From positions 13,320-77,319 of the forward strand of contig JAZOQU010000019.1 in NCBI GenBank assembly GCA_045656225.1: a stretch of 64,000 bases of DNA, written 5' to 3'. A program made the translations under genes and the position numbers. The stretch comes from Kiritimatiellia bacterium (lineage in GTDB: Bacteria > Verrucomicrobiota > Kiritimatiellia > RFP12 > UBA1067). The first letter of the stretch is position 1; every line of letters starts with the position of its first letter. The notes under the pieces were generated by a model. It was not told the DNA's origin and ran no database searches. It worked only from the letters and a program-made list of their open reading frames with translations. This document shows positions 30,376 to 39,236 of the stretch, piece by piece.

Positions 30376-30894
30376 TCATTGTTTATCTTCCTCAGGACAT
30401 GCAGTTTTATGACTTTCGCTCATGTGGACACGAACAAATACTGTTCCTCCATTCAAATCCATTGGTTCTTTATTATCATCGCTATTGCACTTATGGCACA
30501 ACGGCACGATCCAAGCGTCCTTCCCAGTATTAGGCTCACCATCTTTCCTAACATGTGCTCCAACAATTTTGGGATTTTGCTCCTCATTTTTGCAATCAGA
30601 ATTTGAACATGCATTAGGAAAGGCTAACCAAGTCTTATCTTGCCAATATCCACCCCATCCATTTAGAACTGGTGACTCCTCCTTTGATGTGTCCTCAACA
30701 TTGCGCACTATCTGTGGATAATCTGAACGAAATATATCGTCACTTTTTTGCAACACATCTCGATGAATCTCGCCTGATCGCATCAGATCTTCTTCATGCG
30801 GTACGGGTTTTAGTGCCTCCAAAATGAGTTCTTTAGGTGTCACAAGTCTTTTCCTTTCCTTACATTGTTCAAAAAATCTCCAAGCGGCTTCCAT
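30376..30894 (-). CDS. Hypothetical protein with Cys/His-rich HNH-like C-terminal domain
   Basis: CSNSDC...GAHV...WIVPLCHKCN. Confidence 0.55.
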   Translation of the reverse strand: MEAAWRFFEQCKERKRLVTPKELILEALKPVPHEEDLMRSGEIHRDVLQKSDDIFRSDYPQIVRNVEDTSKEESPVLNGWGGYWQDKTWLAFPNACSNSDCKNEEQNPKIVGAHVRKDGEPNTGKDAWIVPLCHKCNSDDNKEPMDLNGGTVFVRVHMSESHKTACPEEDKQ

Positions 30895-31014
30895 GTCCTC
30901 AAGGAAACTGATTCAACCTCTCAATCGGTACGCACAATGCCCAGCTCTGCAATGACGAACCATAGTTCGTGATGTTACATGAGATATTGTAGCTAACTAT
31001 ACCAACTGTTTTCA

Positions 31015-31803
31015 TCATAGCTTAAAGTCTTGATACAAGCTATCTAGGAATTTCGCACCACAACGTCCATTTGTTCCACAAAATGCCGTCTCTATCCTAA
31101 CTTTACGCATGATGTTTTGTAACGAAGAATACGAGACATTCATTAACCCCTTAGTGTCTGCCTTATATTTTAAGTTGAGCATTGACTCATTAAGATTTTC
31201 CAGACTCGTATCTTCAGCAAACTTGCCAAACCGCGTACAAGGTCTTCGCGCAATTATCCGAGCAATTGTCAACTCGTGATACAACCATGGAGATAGTGTT
31301 TCAACTCTATTTCTAGATGCAGTGATTGACGAATTTGGCGTATCCAAGAAGATAAAGCATTCCGTCAAATCAATCATTCGCGTAAGCGCATGAGCAAGCA
31401 TGATATAAACATGAGCAGTTGATCTATTACGCCTTTCATAAGCATATATCTTTGAGCCATCAGCATCTATATTCTTCACACAATACGTATCATCTATTTT
31501 TCTAAGTAATTCGCTCGCATACCTCCACACTTCTGAATCAACAAATACTTTCAGGCCCATACGCTCTAATTGACCGGCTAACTTCCTTGTGAGTTCGCAA
31601 TCGTTATGTGAATGAGACAGGAATATGTCTGCATCGTAATTGGGAAACCATGTATCCATTATCCAATTGGCATCCTGCGAATCAAGTACAGAGTCAATGT
31701 CTAGATCGACATTTAATTTCGCTACTGGTTTGTGTCCCTGATTTAACTTTTTAATTTCTTTGATGTTAGCATCATCCAAGATTAGTCTAAATCCCCTATA
31801 CAT
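31015..31803 (-). CDS. TIR-domain protein
   Basis: DIFLSHSHND, VFVDS and SPWLYHEL (candidate catalytic Glu). Confidence 0.82.
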   Translation of the reverse strand: MYRGFRLILDDANIKEIKKLNQGHKPVAKLNVDLDIDSVLDSQDANWIMDTWFPNYDADIFLSHSHNDCELTRKLAGQLERMGLKVFVDSEVWRYASELLRKIDDTYCVKNIDADGSKIYAYERRNRSTAHVYIMLAHALTRMIDLTECFIFLDTPNSSITASRNRVETLSPWLYHELTIARIIARRPCTRFGKFAEDTSLENLNESMLNLKYKADTKGLMNVSYSSLQNIMRKVRIETAFCGTNGRCGAKFLDSLYQDFKL

Positions 31804-31922
31804 TGTAATTACCCCCTATATTTTTTACATATTGCCATCAAATGTCATCGCCAAAATGGAAACCGTAATCACAACATAAACCTACGTACCAATAGCTGTC
31901 AATTTCGACTTGAGCGGTTACC

Positions 31923-32534
31923 CTATCGAAGATTCCTCAGTCTTATTTTTTCAGCAATCCTACTATATCGTTTTTCATAGGCGCAATTGACATATTGATC
32001 AGGATCCGCAATAAACTGCGCATAAGTAGTCAAAACGCAATATCTGTCCCTCTCACCCCAACAGCAACCTGGCTTCGGGGGAATAAAATAATTACAACTA
32101 AATTCCCTGACCACCGTGCTATCATCAACTATCGCAGTGAAGTGAGTCTTTCCACAAACCGAACACTGGTAATTACCAGTAAAAACCCTGCTTTCCATCT
32201 CTGGCAGAACAACTCCAACAATCCCACTGCGCGTGTTGCCTTTCCCGTCGAACAAAGACGCTTGCAGTTCTCGTTTGATGAAAAAATTGTTATCTCTCCC
32301 AAATCTATCGACGCCTTCATCCTCCTTTGAATGCAGCCCTATAAGAAAAAGTGTGACAGTGGTATCGGAAAGATAGTTGTCTCTGATTTCCTGCAAAATA
32401 TAATCAGCATCTTCACTATCAATCCATCTATCCAGAAACTTAACGGGCACATCCTCCTGTCCAAGTTTCTTCAAGATTTCATCACGATAATACTTGTCCT
32501 CTTTCTTAAAAGATATAAAACACTTATGACTCAT
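31923..32534 (-). CDS. thsB: Thoeris ThsB TIR-like protein (DUF1863)
   Basis: MSHKCFISFKKED, IRDNYLSDTTVTLFLIG and FIKRELQASL; ATGA overlap with thsA. Confidence 0.85.
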   Translation of the reverse strand: MSHKCFISFKKEDKYYRDEILKKLGQEDVPVKFLDRWIDSEDADYILQEIRDNYLSDTTVTLFLIGLHSKEDEGVDRFGRDNNFFIKRELQASLFDGKGNTRSGIVGVVLPEMESRVFTGNYQCSVCGKTHFTAIVDDSTVVREFSCNYFIPPKPGCCWGERDRYCVLTTYAQFIADPDQYVNCAYEKRYSRIAEKIRLRNLR

Positions 32535-33367
32535 ATACGCCACTCCCTTTCTAAAGAAACCAGATTCATGTTCTTCAGCGATTTCTTGTAAAGAACAATA
32601 TTCACTTGGGTTGAGACTTTCTCGTGCTCTAAGCATTCTGTCACAATTGATGCAAGCAATACATTGAAAAGAGCCTGCTCAGGAGACTTTATTCGAGCAT
32701 TCCCGCTACCCATCAGGGGAAACGATACCGTATCGCCATTTGCACGTTCTCGTGCTACATCCAAGGCACCGCTAACAACCACGTTTAAATCCTTGAGTTC
32801 CGACTGCGTACGATGCGTCTCAGCATTAGTCCTAGATATTGCAACTAAGACAAACCGCTTGCCAGCATCCGTTTTGACAAAAACCGCCGTTCCTATCGGA
32901 TATCGTTTCTCCTTTGCCATTCCATCTCGTACTGTTGTTTCATACTTTTTACCTGTAAGTCCATCCTCTATCTGCATGTCAAGGGCTCCAACATTCGCAC
33001 CCCAATACTTTTTCACCATCATTCCATGTAGACTTTTCTCTGATATATGGCAATCATCGACTAATGTATCGAAAAAATCATTCACACCTATTACAGCAAC
33101 GCCATTTTCGTTAAAGATATCACCATATGACACATTAACTTCCATCCCGACCGCACCAACACGAATGCGTGCCCGACGTTTTAGATACCCCTCTATCAAA
33201 AATCCGTTTACAATGAATATACCCACACCAACAACAAAAACACAAACGATGTAACACCATGGATTATGAAGCGGCTCCAACTTGCATTCCATTGGAATTG
33301 ATGCGATTGACTGAACAACTGTCAATCCGTAAAATAACGCCAATATAATCCTTAAAACATTCTTCAT
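32531..33367 (-). CDS. thsA: Thoeris type II ThsA (TM plus macro domain)
   Basis: Two N-terminal TM helices; YGDIF, IGVNDFFDT, SLHG, YPIGT and FPLMGSG. Confidence 0.85.
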   Translation of the reverse strand: MKNVLRIILALFYGLTVVQSIASIPMECKLEPLHNPWCYIVCVFVVGVGIFIVNGFLIEGYLKRRARIRVGAVGMEVNVSYGDIFNENGVAVIGVNDFFDTLVDDCHISEKSLHGMMVKKYWGANVGALDMQIEDGLTGKKYETTVRDGMAKEKRYPIGTAVFVKTDAGKRFVLVAISRTNAETHRTQSELKDLNVVVSGALDVARERANGDTVSFPLMGSGNARIKSPEQALFNVLLASIVTECLEHEKVSTQVNIVLYKKSLKNMNLVSLEREWRI

Positions 33368-33417
33368 TGCTTGATCCTCTTATATTCGTTGAATACTTTC
33401 ATCACAAGTCACTTTTA

Positions 33418-33972
33418 TCACGGAAGCCTTTGACATTCCTCGCGGTCACGAATCATGCTTGACGCCTTTTCCTTAGTTCGTCTGCTAAACCGTCTTCCAT
33501 ATCTGTAATAATACTGTAACTTCTGCAATTCATCCATCCCTGTATGCCCAAAGAAGTTTTGAATCATTGTCACATTCTCTTCAATGCTACGAGAATAGGT
33601 TATCCACGAGGAAAGTATCGCAAGAGCTTTGGCAAAACACGACCATGTTTTATCGTTCGACCATATCTTTTGGCTCCAAGTAGGTATCAACTCCCCTCGC
33701 ATCTCTGCTTTGCGAAGAAAATCTGTCAAGTTTCGTCCAAACAAAACCCAATTGTCTTTTCCATAATCTCCATCGCTTTCTTCAATCGCTGAATTGCAGC
33801 CACATGAGATATTTTCATGCCAATATTTAAACGCTAACAAACATATCAATCCCGAAATGCACATTGCAGGATTTGGAAACGCTTCCTCCAACGTTATCTT
33901 AGCAGAAGACAACATACGTGTGAATTCTATCGGATCACTGAGTTTCTTGTCTATGTGATTAATTCTTTTCAT
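33418..33972 (-). CDS. Hypothetical protein
   Basis: 184-aa ORF co-oriented between the leader module and thsA. Confidence 0.55.
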   Translation of the reverse strand: MKRINHIDKKLSDPIEFTRMLSSAKITLEEAFPNPAMCISGLICLLAFKYWHENISCGCNSAIEESDGDYGKDNWVLFGRNLTDFLRKAEMRGELIPTWSQKIWSNDKTWSCFAKALAILSSWITYSRSIEENVTMIQNFFGHTGMDELQKLQYYYRYGRRFSRRTKEKASSMIRDREECQRLP

Positions 33973-34039
33973 AAGAAATCATGATCATTAGGTTTTTCCA
34001 GCCTTCCATGGGGGCACCCCCCCCCATGGACGAATCCCG

Positions 34040-34175
34040 TCAACGCTCTCGCCCCGTGGGGTATGCAGTCGAATACCTCATTTCAAATTTTTCTAATGCT
34101 TTATTGCAGTTTTGGCTCATTATCGACGCCATTCTTTATGTTATATATTGTAACCTTTTAGTTACCCAAAGTCAA
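34040..34175 (-). promoter_or_regulatory. Promoter plus leader ORF plus ops-like motif, copy A
   Basis: TTGACT-17-TACAAT; ORF 34132-34040 MASIMSQNCNKALEKFEMRYSTAYPTGRER; GGGGCGAGAGCGTT. Confidence 0.75.
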
Positions 34176-34444
34176 GTTACAAGCGCATCATTGGCAATTG
34201 CATCATCTACGCCAACTTCATCTGAAGAAGGCCTTAAAATCGGCATAAAGTCCATCTTCAGCGCCTGAGCCAACTTCGCCGCCGTCCGGAACGAAAAGTT
34301 CACATCCTGGCTTAACACCTTTGTGATATACGGCCGCGAAACCTTCATCCTCTTCGCCAGCTCAGTCTGGTTAATCCCCAACTCCTTCATCCGAAGAAGT
34401 ATCGCCCTCAGAAACGCCGAGCCTATTTTGTTGAGTGTGTCCAT
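34172..34444 (-). CDS. XRE-family helix-turn-helix protein
   Basis: LGINQTELAKRMKVSRPYITKVL...NFSFRTAAKLAQAL. Confidence 0.85.
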   Translation of the reverse strand: MDTLNKIGSAFLRAILLRMKELGINQTELAKRMKVSRPYITKVLSQDVNFSFRTAAKLAQALKMDFMPILRPSSDEVGVDDAIANDALVT

Positions 34445-34463
34445 TTTAGTCGTTAGCTTTTTT

Positions 34464-34600
34464 TAGTCGAAGTCCAAAGTCGAAGTCGAACAGTGGCGGT
34501 TTTTAGCCGTGTAGAGGTGGAGATGGGGAGAAGTGATTTTATTTAGGTAAAACTTCACGACTAGGCCCCCGTGACCCTAGACAAGAAACTAGCTTCGACT
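34464..34600. repeat. Micro-repeat stack (AGTCGA-type hexamer unit ending GAACAGTG)
   Basis: agtcgaagtccaaagtcgaagtcgaacagtgg...ttttatttaggt; a related stack lies at 39129-39197. Confidence 0.75.
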
Positions 34601-34601
34601 C

Positions 34602-35216
34602 TCAACTAAGAATCAAATCACGAACACTAGAACGGATCTTGTCCTTTGCTGCTTCCCAGTCGAAATCAATCAACATCTTCGGCATCGGCATCATCTCAGC
34701 ATCAACAAAATACGACAGACTTCTCAAAGCTAGAGCAGGATTCGCCTGTGGATATTTCTCCTGATACCATTCTTTCAGCGGATATTCATCCAGCAATCTC
34801 GCCAAATCAACAAAATCTTTTCTTGTTCCACGATTCGTTATGGCATTGACCTTCATCGCACCTATATCCTTGATTCCCGCCAAACGAACTCCGTCATCTT
34901 CTATTGCAGACTCAAGCCATGCATACATATCATAACAAACACAATCAACTTTTATATCATCGATAAAGAAGAACTGCATTTTCCCATTCGGCGTACCGCT
35001 TTGCTTTTCGACAGTCCCTATTTGGGCGAAAAGCGAAACCAAATCCAATGAATAATCCCATCCGCCAAAAACATCCAAATCAATGCTTATTCTATGCCCG
35101 AGTTGCAACGCAAGTGCTGTTCCGCCTACCAGTCGAGTGTTTTTCAACTCGGGCAGGCGCTGCATTCTCCGCAATACCTCAAGCGTATGGGATTCTATTG
35201 TCTCGAAGTGTAACAT
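34602..35216 (-). CDS. AbiEii/AbiGii-type nucleotidyltransferase toxin
   Basis: LVGGTALALQLGHRISIDLD and AMKVNAITNRGTRKDFVD. Confidence 0.88.
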   Translation of the reverse strand: MLHFETIESHTLEVLRRMQRLPELKNTRLVGGTALALQLGHRISIDLDVFGGWDYSLDLVSLFAQIGTVEKQSGTPNGKMQFFFIDDIKVDCVCYDMYAWLESAIEDDGVRLAGIKDIGAMKVNAITNRGTRKDFVDLARLLDEYPLKEWYQEKYPQANPALALRSLSYFVDAEMMPMPKMLIDFDWEAAKDKIRSSVRDLILS

Positions 35217-35545
35217 TTAAAAGACTCTTCTGGCTGATTAATCAGGCATGAAGCGAAAGATAATGTAACCGGATCAAGAGACCTGATCTCCCGAGCTTCT
35301 TCTGCAACAACTGAAAGAGAATAATAACTTATCAATTGTCGTATATCCTTAACGCCACCGCGTTCCAAAACCCGTTGAACGATAAAGCGTTTGTGAGTAT
35401 TTTCTTCAATTGATTCAATAGAGACATCCCAGAAGAGCCGTTTTGAAAGAGATCGAACCAACCCCTTCTCCAGACAACGCTCTCGCCCCGTGGAGCATGC
35501 AGCAGAATACCTCATTTCCGTGTTTTGTGGCAATCCTTCCACCAT
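35195..35545 (-). CDS. DUF6922-like putative antitoxin, in frame with leader copy B
   Basis: LSKRLFWDV, FIVQRVLERG and LDPVTLSF; N-terminus MVEGLPQNTEMRYSAACSTGRER is the leader peptide. Confidence 0.7.
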   Translation of the reverse strand: MVEGLPQNTEMRYSAACSTGRERCLEKGLVRSLSKRLFWDVSIESIEENTHKRFIVQRVLERGGVKDIRQLISYYSLSVVAEEAREIRSLDPVTLSFASCLINQPEESFKCYTSRQ

Positions 35546-35570
35546 AAATTTACCGTATATTATACTATTT
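35476..35570 (-). promoter_or_regulatory. Leader/ops-like module, copy B (divergent)
   Basis: TATAAT near 35559-35564; GAAATGAGGTATTCTGCTGCATGCTCCACGGGGCGAGAGCGTT. Confidence 0.65.
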
Positions 35571-35619
35571 TTTACAGAACACAACACTATCAACTGATTG
35601 TCACGATAGGACTATGGAT

Positions 35620-36297
35620 TTACTTCTTAGTCGGAAACCAAGATCTAAACCGTGCAATCAAGGTTTTAGGCCTACGAAACAACTTCTTTGCCATTTTATC
35701 TTTAGAAATCTCATCCTTAAGTTGTGTATAAATGGTTTGAAGATAATTAGTTTCATTTTCAATCATAGGCAATATCCGCTCTACATCCCCCCTTAATCCA
35801 TTAGCAGATTGCCTTAACAGTTCTTGTGAGTCCGGCAGATTCGCCAGGCACGAAAAATCCTGAAGACGAGACAAAAAACACGCAAGTTCCTTCACTATCG
35901 GCCTTGCATCATAATAGGGAAATACTGTATATAAGGCAACGCCAGTAACATTTGAATCTTCTTTTTCTACCTCTCCCAATTTTTGAAAAGATGCTACTAA
36001 TAAAACCACCTTACTCTTCACAACTTCTATCGGTGCCTCCGCATCCTTTAACGACTCAAACGCCGCAAGGATAGCATAATAAACATTCAACTTAAGCGAC
36101 AAAAAAGTAATCGCTTTCTCGTACGCTTCAAAACGCCGCACACACAAAGTCCTTCGCAAATCCATGCCACTGGTTATCCTCGCTATCACAGCCGATGAAA
36201 TAAAACCAGCAACAGCCGCCACCAACGCATCATGCTCTCCGCACCAATCAAGAACCGCGAAAAGAACTTCCTTAAAATCACAACAACAACTTATCAT
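35620..36297 (-). CDS. Hypothetical protein, N-terminal TM plus helical body
   Basis: LVAAVAGFISSAVIA hydrophobic segment; resembles 39237-39827. Confidence 0.6.
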   Translation of the reverse strand: MISCCCDFKEVLFAVLDWCGEHDALVAAVAGFISSAVIARITSGMDLRRTLCVRRFEAYEKAITFLSLKLNVYYAILAAFESLKDAEAPIEVVKSKVVLLVASFQKLGEVEKEDSNVTGVALYTVFPYYDARPIVKELACFLSRLQDFSCLANLPDSQELLRQSANGLRGDVERILPMIENETNYLQTIYTQLKDEISKDKMAKKLFRRPKTLIARFRSWFPTKK

Positions 36298-36329
36298 TTA
36301 CCCCTCTTAGTTTTTAAACTCCACCAGCC

Positions 36330-37360
36330 GCAATCCCCTTCAAACTAAATTCTCTAAGCTTCGCCAAGTATCAGATATCATCCCCAAAATCAAGTTCCAG
36401 TTGATCAAACGGTTGCGGGAAGGCCTTTTTAAAATAACGCCTAAATGCCCCTTTGTCCGCACTAATCACCAAAAGAGTTTCAATTTGATTAAGATGTTTT
36501 TGTAATGCCGGCTTACCGATCTCTTTTGTTAAGAACTGATGTAACTTATATCTTCGCCCACGAAAATTGACAACTGGGTTTTTCTCTTTCAATTTCTCAA
36601 GAATCGCCCCATGACTATTTGCAAGGGGGAAATAGACATATTTATTGATGAATGCACCAAAAAATGACGGGTGATTTTTACCATTCTTAGCAAGATGATA
36701 AATCTTATATATGCCGTCAAAGAAAGAATCCTGAAACTCTTTCTCCCACTCTCTATGATATTCAGAAATATATGCACGAAATAGACGTCGATATTCATCC
36801 TTTTGGCGCTTGCGATACCCTGTAGCCTCATCAATTAGGGCAACAAGACCTGTATCAGCAAGCCCCAGCATAAAACGTTCGCAATTTTGCGCGTACGCGA
36901 GATATGACCCTGATAGTTTATTTATCGCACGTAACTGTAGCATTAATCGACAAAATTCAGTAATAACCCTGCAATCAACAAACAATGTCTCCGTTCCGTT
37001 CCTATCAATGCAATATCCCTCATTCAAACGATTGAGAATTTTTTTCGAGGATGACGTACGAACACTTGGATGTGTCAAAAAACTTTCAAATGATTTTATC
37101 ACATCTTTTGCATACGTGCCAATTCCTACAATACCAAAGAAAGAATCTATTGACACAAGTCGTAAGACTTTCCCTTTTACCTCTACATTTGCGCAATCTA
37201 TATTCTCAAATACCCCCATTGCGAGCCGACCACAATTTAAAACTCTATCAACTCGATTAGGCTTCCCACTGAAATCAGTTAAAAGCATATGTCCTCCTAT
37301 ATTCATATCTAGTCATACCAGAAACATCTCAAAAGCAATCCCCTTCAAAACAAATTCTCT
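36330..37360. repeat. 26-bp direct repeats flanking the P63C gene
   Basis: gcaatccccttcaaactaaattctct (36330-36355) vs gcaatccccttcaaaacaaattctct (37335-37360). Confidence 0.85.
36371..37306 (-). CDS. P63C domain protein (phage-associated)
   Basis: GLADTGLVALIDEATGY, WEKEFQDSFF, FINKYVY and KLHQFLT..IG. Confidence 0.85.
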   Translation of the reverse strand: MNIGGHMLLTDFSGKPNRVDRVLNCGRLAMGVFENIDCANVEVKGKVLRLVSIDSFFGIVGIGTYAKDVIKSFESFLTHPSVRTSSSKKILNRLNEGYCIDRNGTETLFVDCRVITEFCRLMLQLRAINKLSGSYLAYAQNCERFMLGLADTGLVALIDEATGYRKRQKDEYRRLFRAYISEYHREWEKEFQDSFFDGIYKIYHLAKNGKNHPSFFGAFINKYVYFPLANSHGAILEKLKEKNPVVNFRGRRYKLHQFLTKEIGKPALQKHLNQIETLLVISADKGAFRRYFKKAFPQPFDQLELDFGDDI

Positions 37361-37480
37361 CTGTGCCACACCCCTGCAAGGGCATTCGCTTCACAAACAG
37401 CCTTCGGTTGGGGGGATACGAACCTTTGTGTTAAAATCTTTTCGTGTCTTTCGTGTATTTCGTGGTTCCTCACTCCCCCA

Positions 37481-37625
37481 CTAAAAAACGCCAAGCTCTC
37501 GCCCCGTGGGGTATGCAGCCGAATACCTCATTTCAAATTTTTCTAATGCTTTATTGCCGTTTTGGCTCATTATCGACGCCATTCTTTATGTTATATATTG
37601 TAACCTTTTAGTTACCCCAAGTCAA
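37481..37625 (-). promoter_or_regulatory. Promoter plus leader ORF plus ops-like motif, copy C (near-identical to A)
   Basis: TTGACT-17-TACAAT; ORF 37582-37481 MASIMSQNGNKALEKFEMRYSAAYPTGRELGVF; ~135 bp nearly identical to 34045-34179. Confidence 0.78.
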
Positions 37626-37817
37626 GTTAGAAGTTTTTCAGCAATATTTGCAGGGTGCGATTCTAAATTGTTGAAGGTTTTGCGGCTTTGGGCGTGTGGT
37701 TCGTCCGTCGAACGCGTCGACTCCGCGCGTTCCGCGCTTTCGACGCACCCCGCATAGCGCCCGCTTCGCAGCTCGGCTTCGCCTCGGGGGATACCGGAAT
37801 TCGCGACACTGGACAAA

Positions 37818-38180
37818 ATGCGCAGCAACATCCTACTCGCCGTCAGTCTTTCCCTCATCTCCCTGAGCGCCGTTTCTGCGGATCATTACGTCGATTCGTC
37901 CAGAGGCAGCGACTCCGCCGCCGGCACATCTCCCGCCGAAGCGTGGAAGACTCTCGCGCGAACACGCAAAAGCGGAATAAAACCCAGCGACACCGTGCGC
38001 CTCGCATGCGGCGGCATATGGCGAGAACAGCTTGTTCCCGTCTCAGGCCTAAAGGGCAAGCCCGTCACTTATGCATCGTACGATCCGCCCGGCACCAGGG
38101 GTCTGCCGCCGCCGACCATCCAGTCGTCCCTCGACAGATCGAAACCGTCTGACTGGAAGAGCGTCGTCGAAGGCCTGTGA
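37818..38180 (+). pseudogene. Truncated secreted beta-helix (DUF1565-like) protein N-terminus
   Basis: Signal peptide, HYVDSSRGSDSAAGTSPAEAWKTL, DTVRLACGGIWREQL and GKPVTYASY; stops at 120 aa. Confidence 0.6.
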
Positions 38181-38341
38181 GCGACAGCGGAATTCTCGTT
38201 CGAATACTGGCATGCGGGCGAAACGCGCGACATACTTTTCGAGGGCAACATATGTATCCGCTGGCTGACAGGCATGCACGAGGCATTTTTCGACATCGAC
38301 GGATTCAAGGCGCTCGGCTTTGACTGAGAACGCGCCATCTT

Positions 38342-38833
38342 TCAGCGTTTGACAGGTTCGATATCATTGGGCGATACCGACACTTCGACCGCAGCGCCAA
38401 GTATTTCGACATTCAGGCAAAGCGTCGCATCGCGACCGCGTCTGACGACACAGCCTTCAACTCCATAGAGCGGCCCGGAAATCACCTTTACAAAATCACC
38501 GACGTTGGACATGACAACGGGTTTGAGCTGCGGCGCATTGCGGGAGGCCCGAGAAATCTGGCGCAACTGGTGGATCATCGTTCTCGGCTGAGGCACGAGG
38601 ATCGTTCTGACGAGAAGATTCGTCTTCAGCATCTTCAGTCGCTCTTCTGGATAGAGTTTTGTGAAAACATACCCCGGGAAGCACGGAAGAATGCGGCTGA
38701 CCTTGCGCCGCTGAACTCTGGTTATCTTCTGGTATGTCGGCAGATATCCGAAATACCGGTAATTCTCAATAAAGCTCATCACCTTCTTTTCGGTGCGAGG
38801 TTTCACATGAAGAACATACCAGTCACGCTTCAT
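38342..38833 (-). CDS. NusG-paralog transcription antiterminator (UpxY/RfaH/LoaP-like)
   Basis: WYVLHVKPRTEKKV, PCFPGYVF and KOW motif VGDFVKVISGPLYGVEG. Confidence 0.9.
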   Translation of the reverse strand: MKRDWYVLHVKPRTEKKVMSFIENYRYFGYLPTYQKITRVQRRKVSRILPCFPGYVFTKLYPEERLKMLKTNLLVRTILVPQPRTMIHQLRQISRASRNAPQLKPVVMSNVGDFVKVISGPLYGVEGCVVRRGRDATLCLNVEILGAAVEVSVSPNDIEPVKR

Positions 38834-38964
38834 TTTCAGACAAACGCAAAAAAACCGAACATGAAAAAGCGCACCTTGTCAGCAGCACGGCCAACAAGGC
38901 GACAGCAAGCATCAGCAGAAAAATCGAGCAATCTTCTCATACCCAATAGTATAGCACAAAAATG

Positions 38965-39064
38965 CCCACCCCTCCACACTACCCACTAAGCTCCACATTT
39001 ACGCATCCAAACTCCGAGCGCCTGTCGCTATGATGTTGAGAAATTTTCACCGATTAGGTGTTAT
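38965..39064 (-). pseudogene. Degenerate wzx 5' fragment
   Basis: Minus strand reads ITPNR*KFLNIIATGARSL, vs intact wzx MSPNRRIFLNIIATYGRSL. Confidence 0.7.
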
Positions 39065-39236
39065 AGTTAATGTGTTGGAGTTACGAGTTCGAGTTCGAGT
39101 TACTTGTTTCGGGTTGAGGGTTTCGAGCTAGTCGAAGTTAAAAGTCGAACAGTGGTGGTTTTATTTAGGTGAAGGTCAAAGATGAAGGTGAACAGTGAAA
39201 GTATAGATGGTAATTTAATTATTGAATTATTGAAGT

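Noticed and set aside
36810-37484. 224-aa plus-strand ORF
   Set aside because: Antisense to the well-supported P63C gene and runs through repeats.
33981-37757. Near-identical plus-strand ORFs at 33981-34268 and 37506-37757
   Set aside because: They are the reverse reading of the duplicated minus-strand promoter/leader, not genes.
37640-37810. GC-rich, possibly structured stretch upstream of the truncated beta-helix gene
   Set aside because: No recognisable RNA family, promoter or terminator boundaries; more likely decayed coding sequence.
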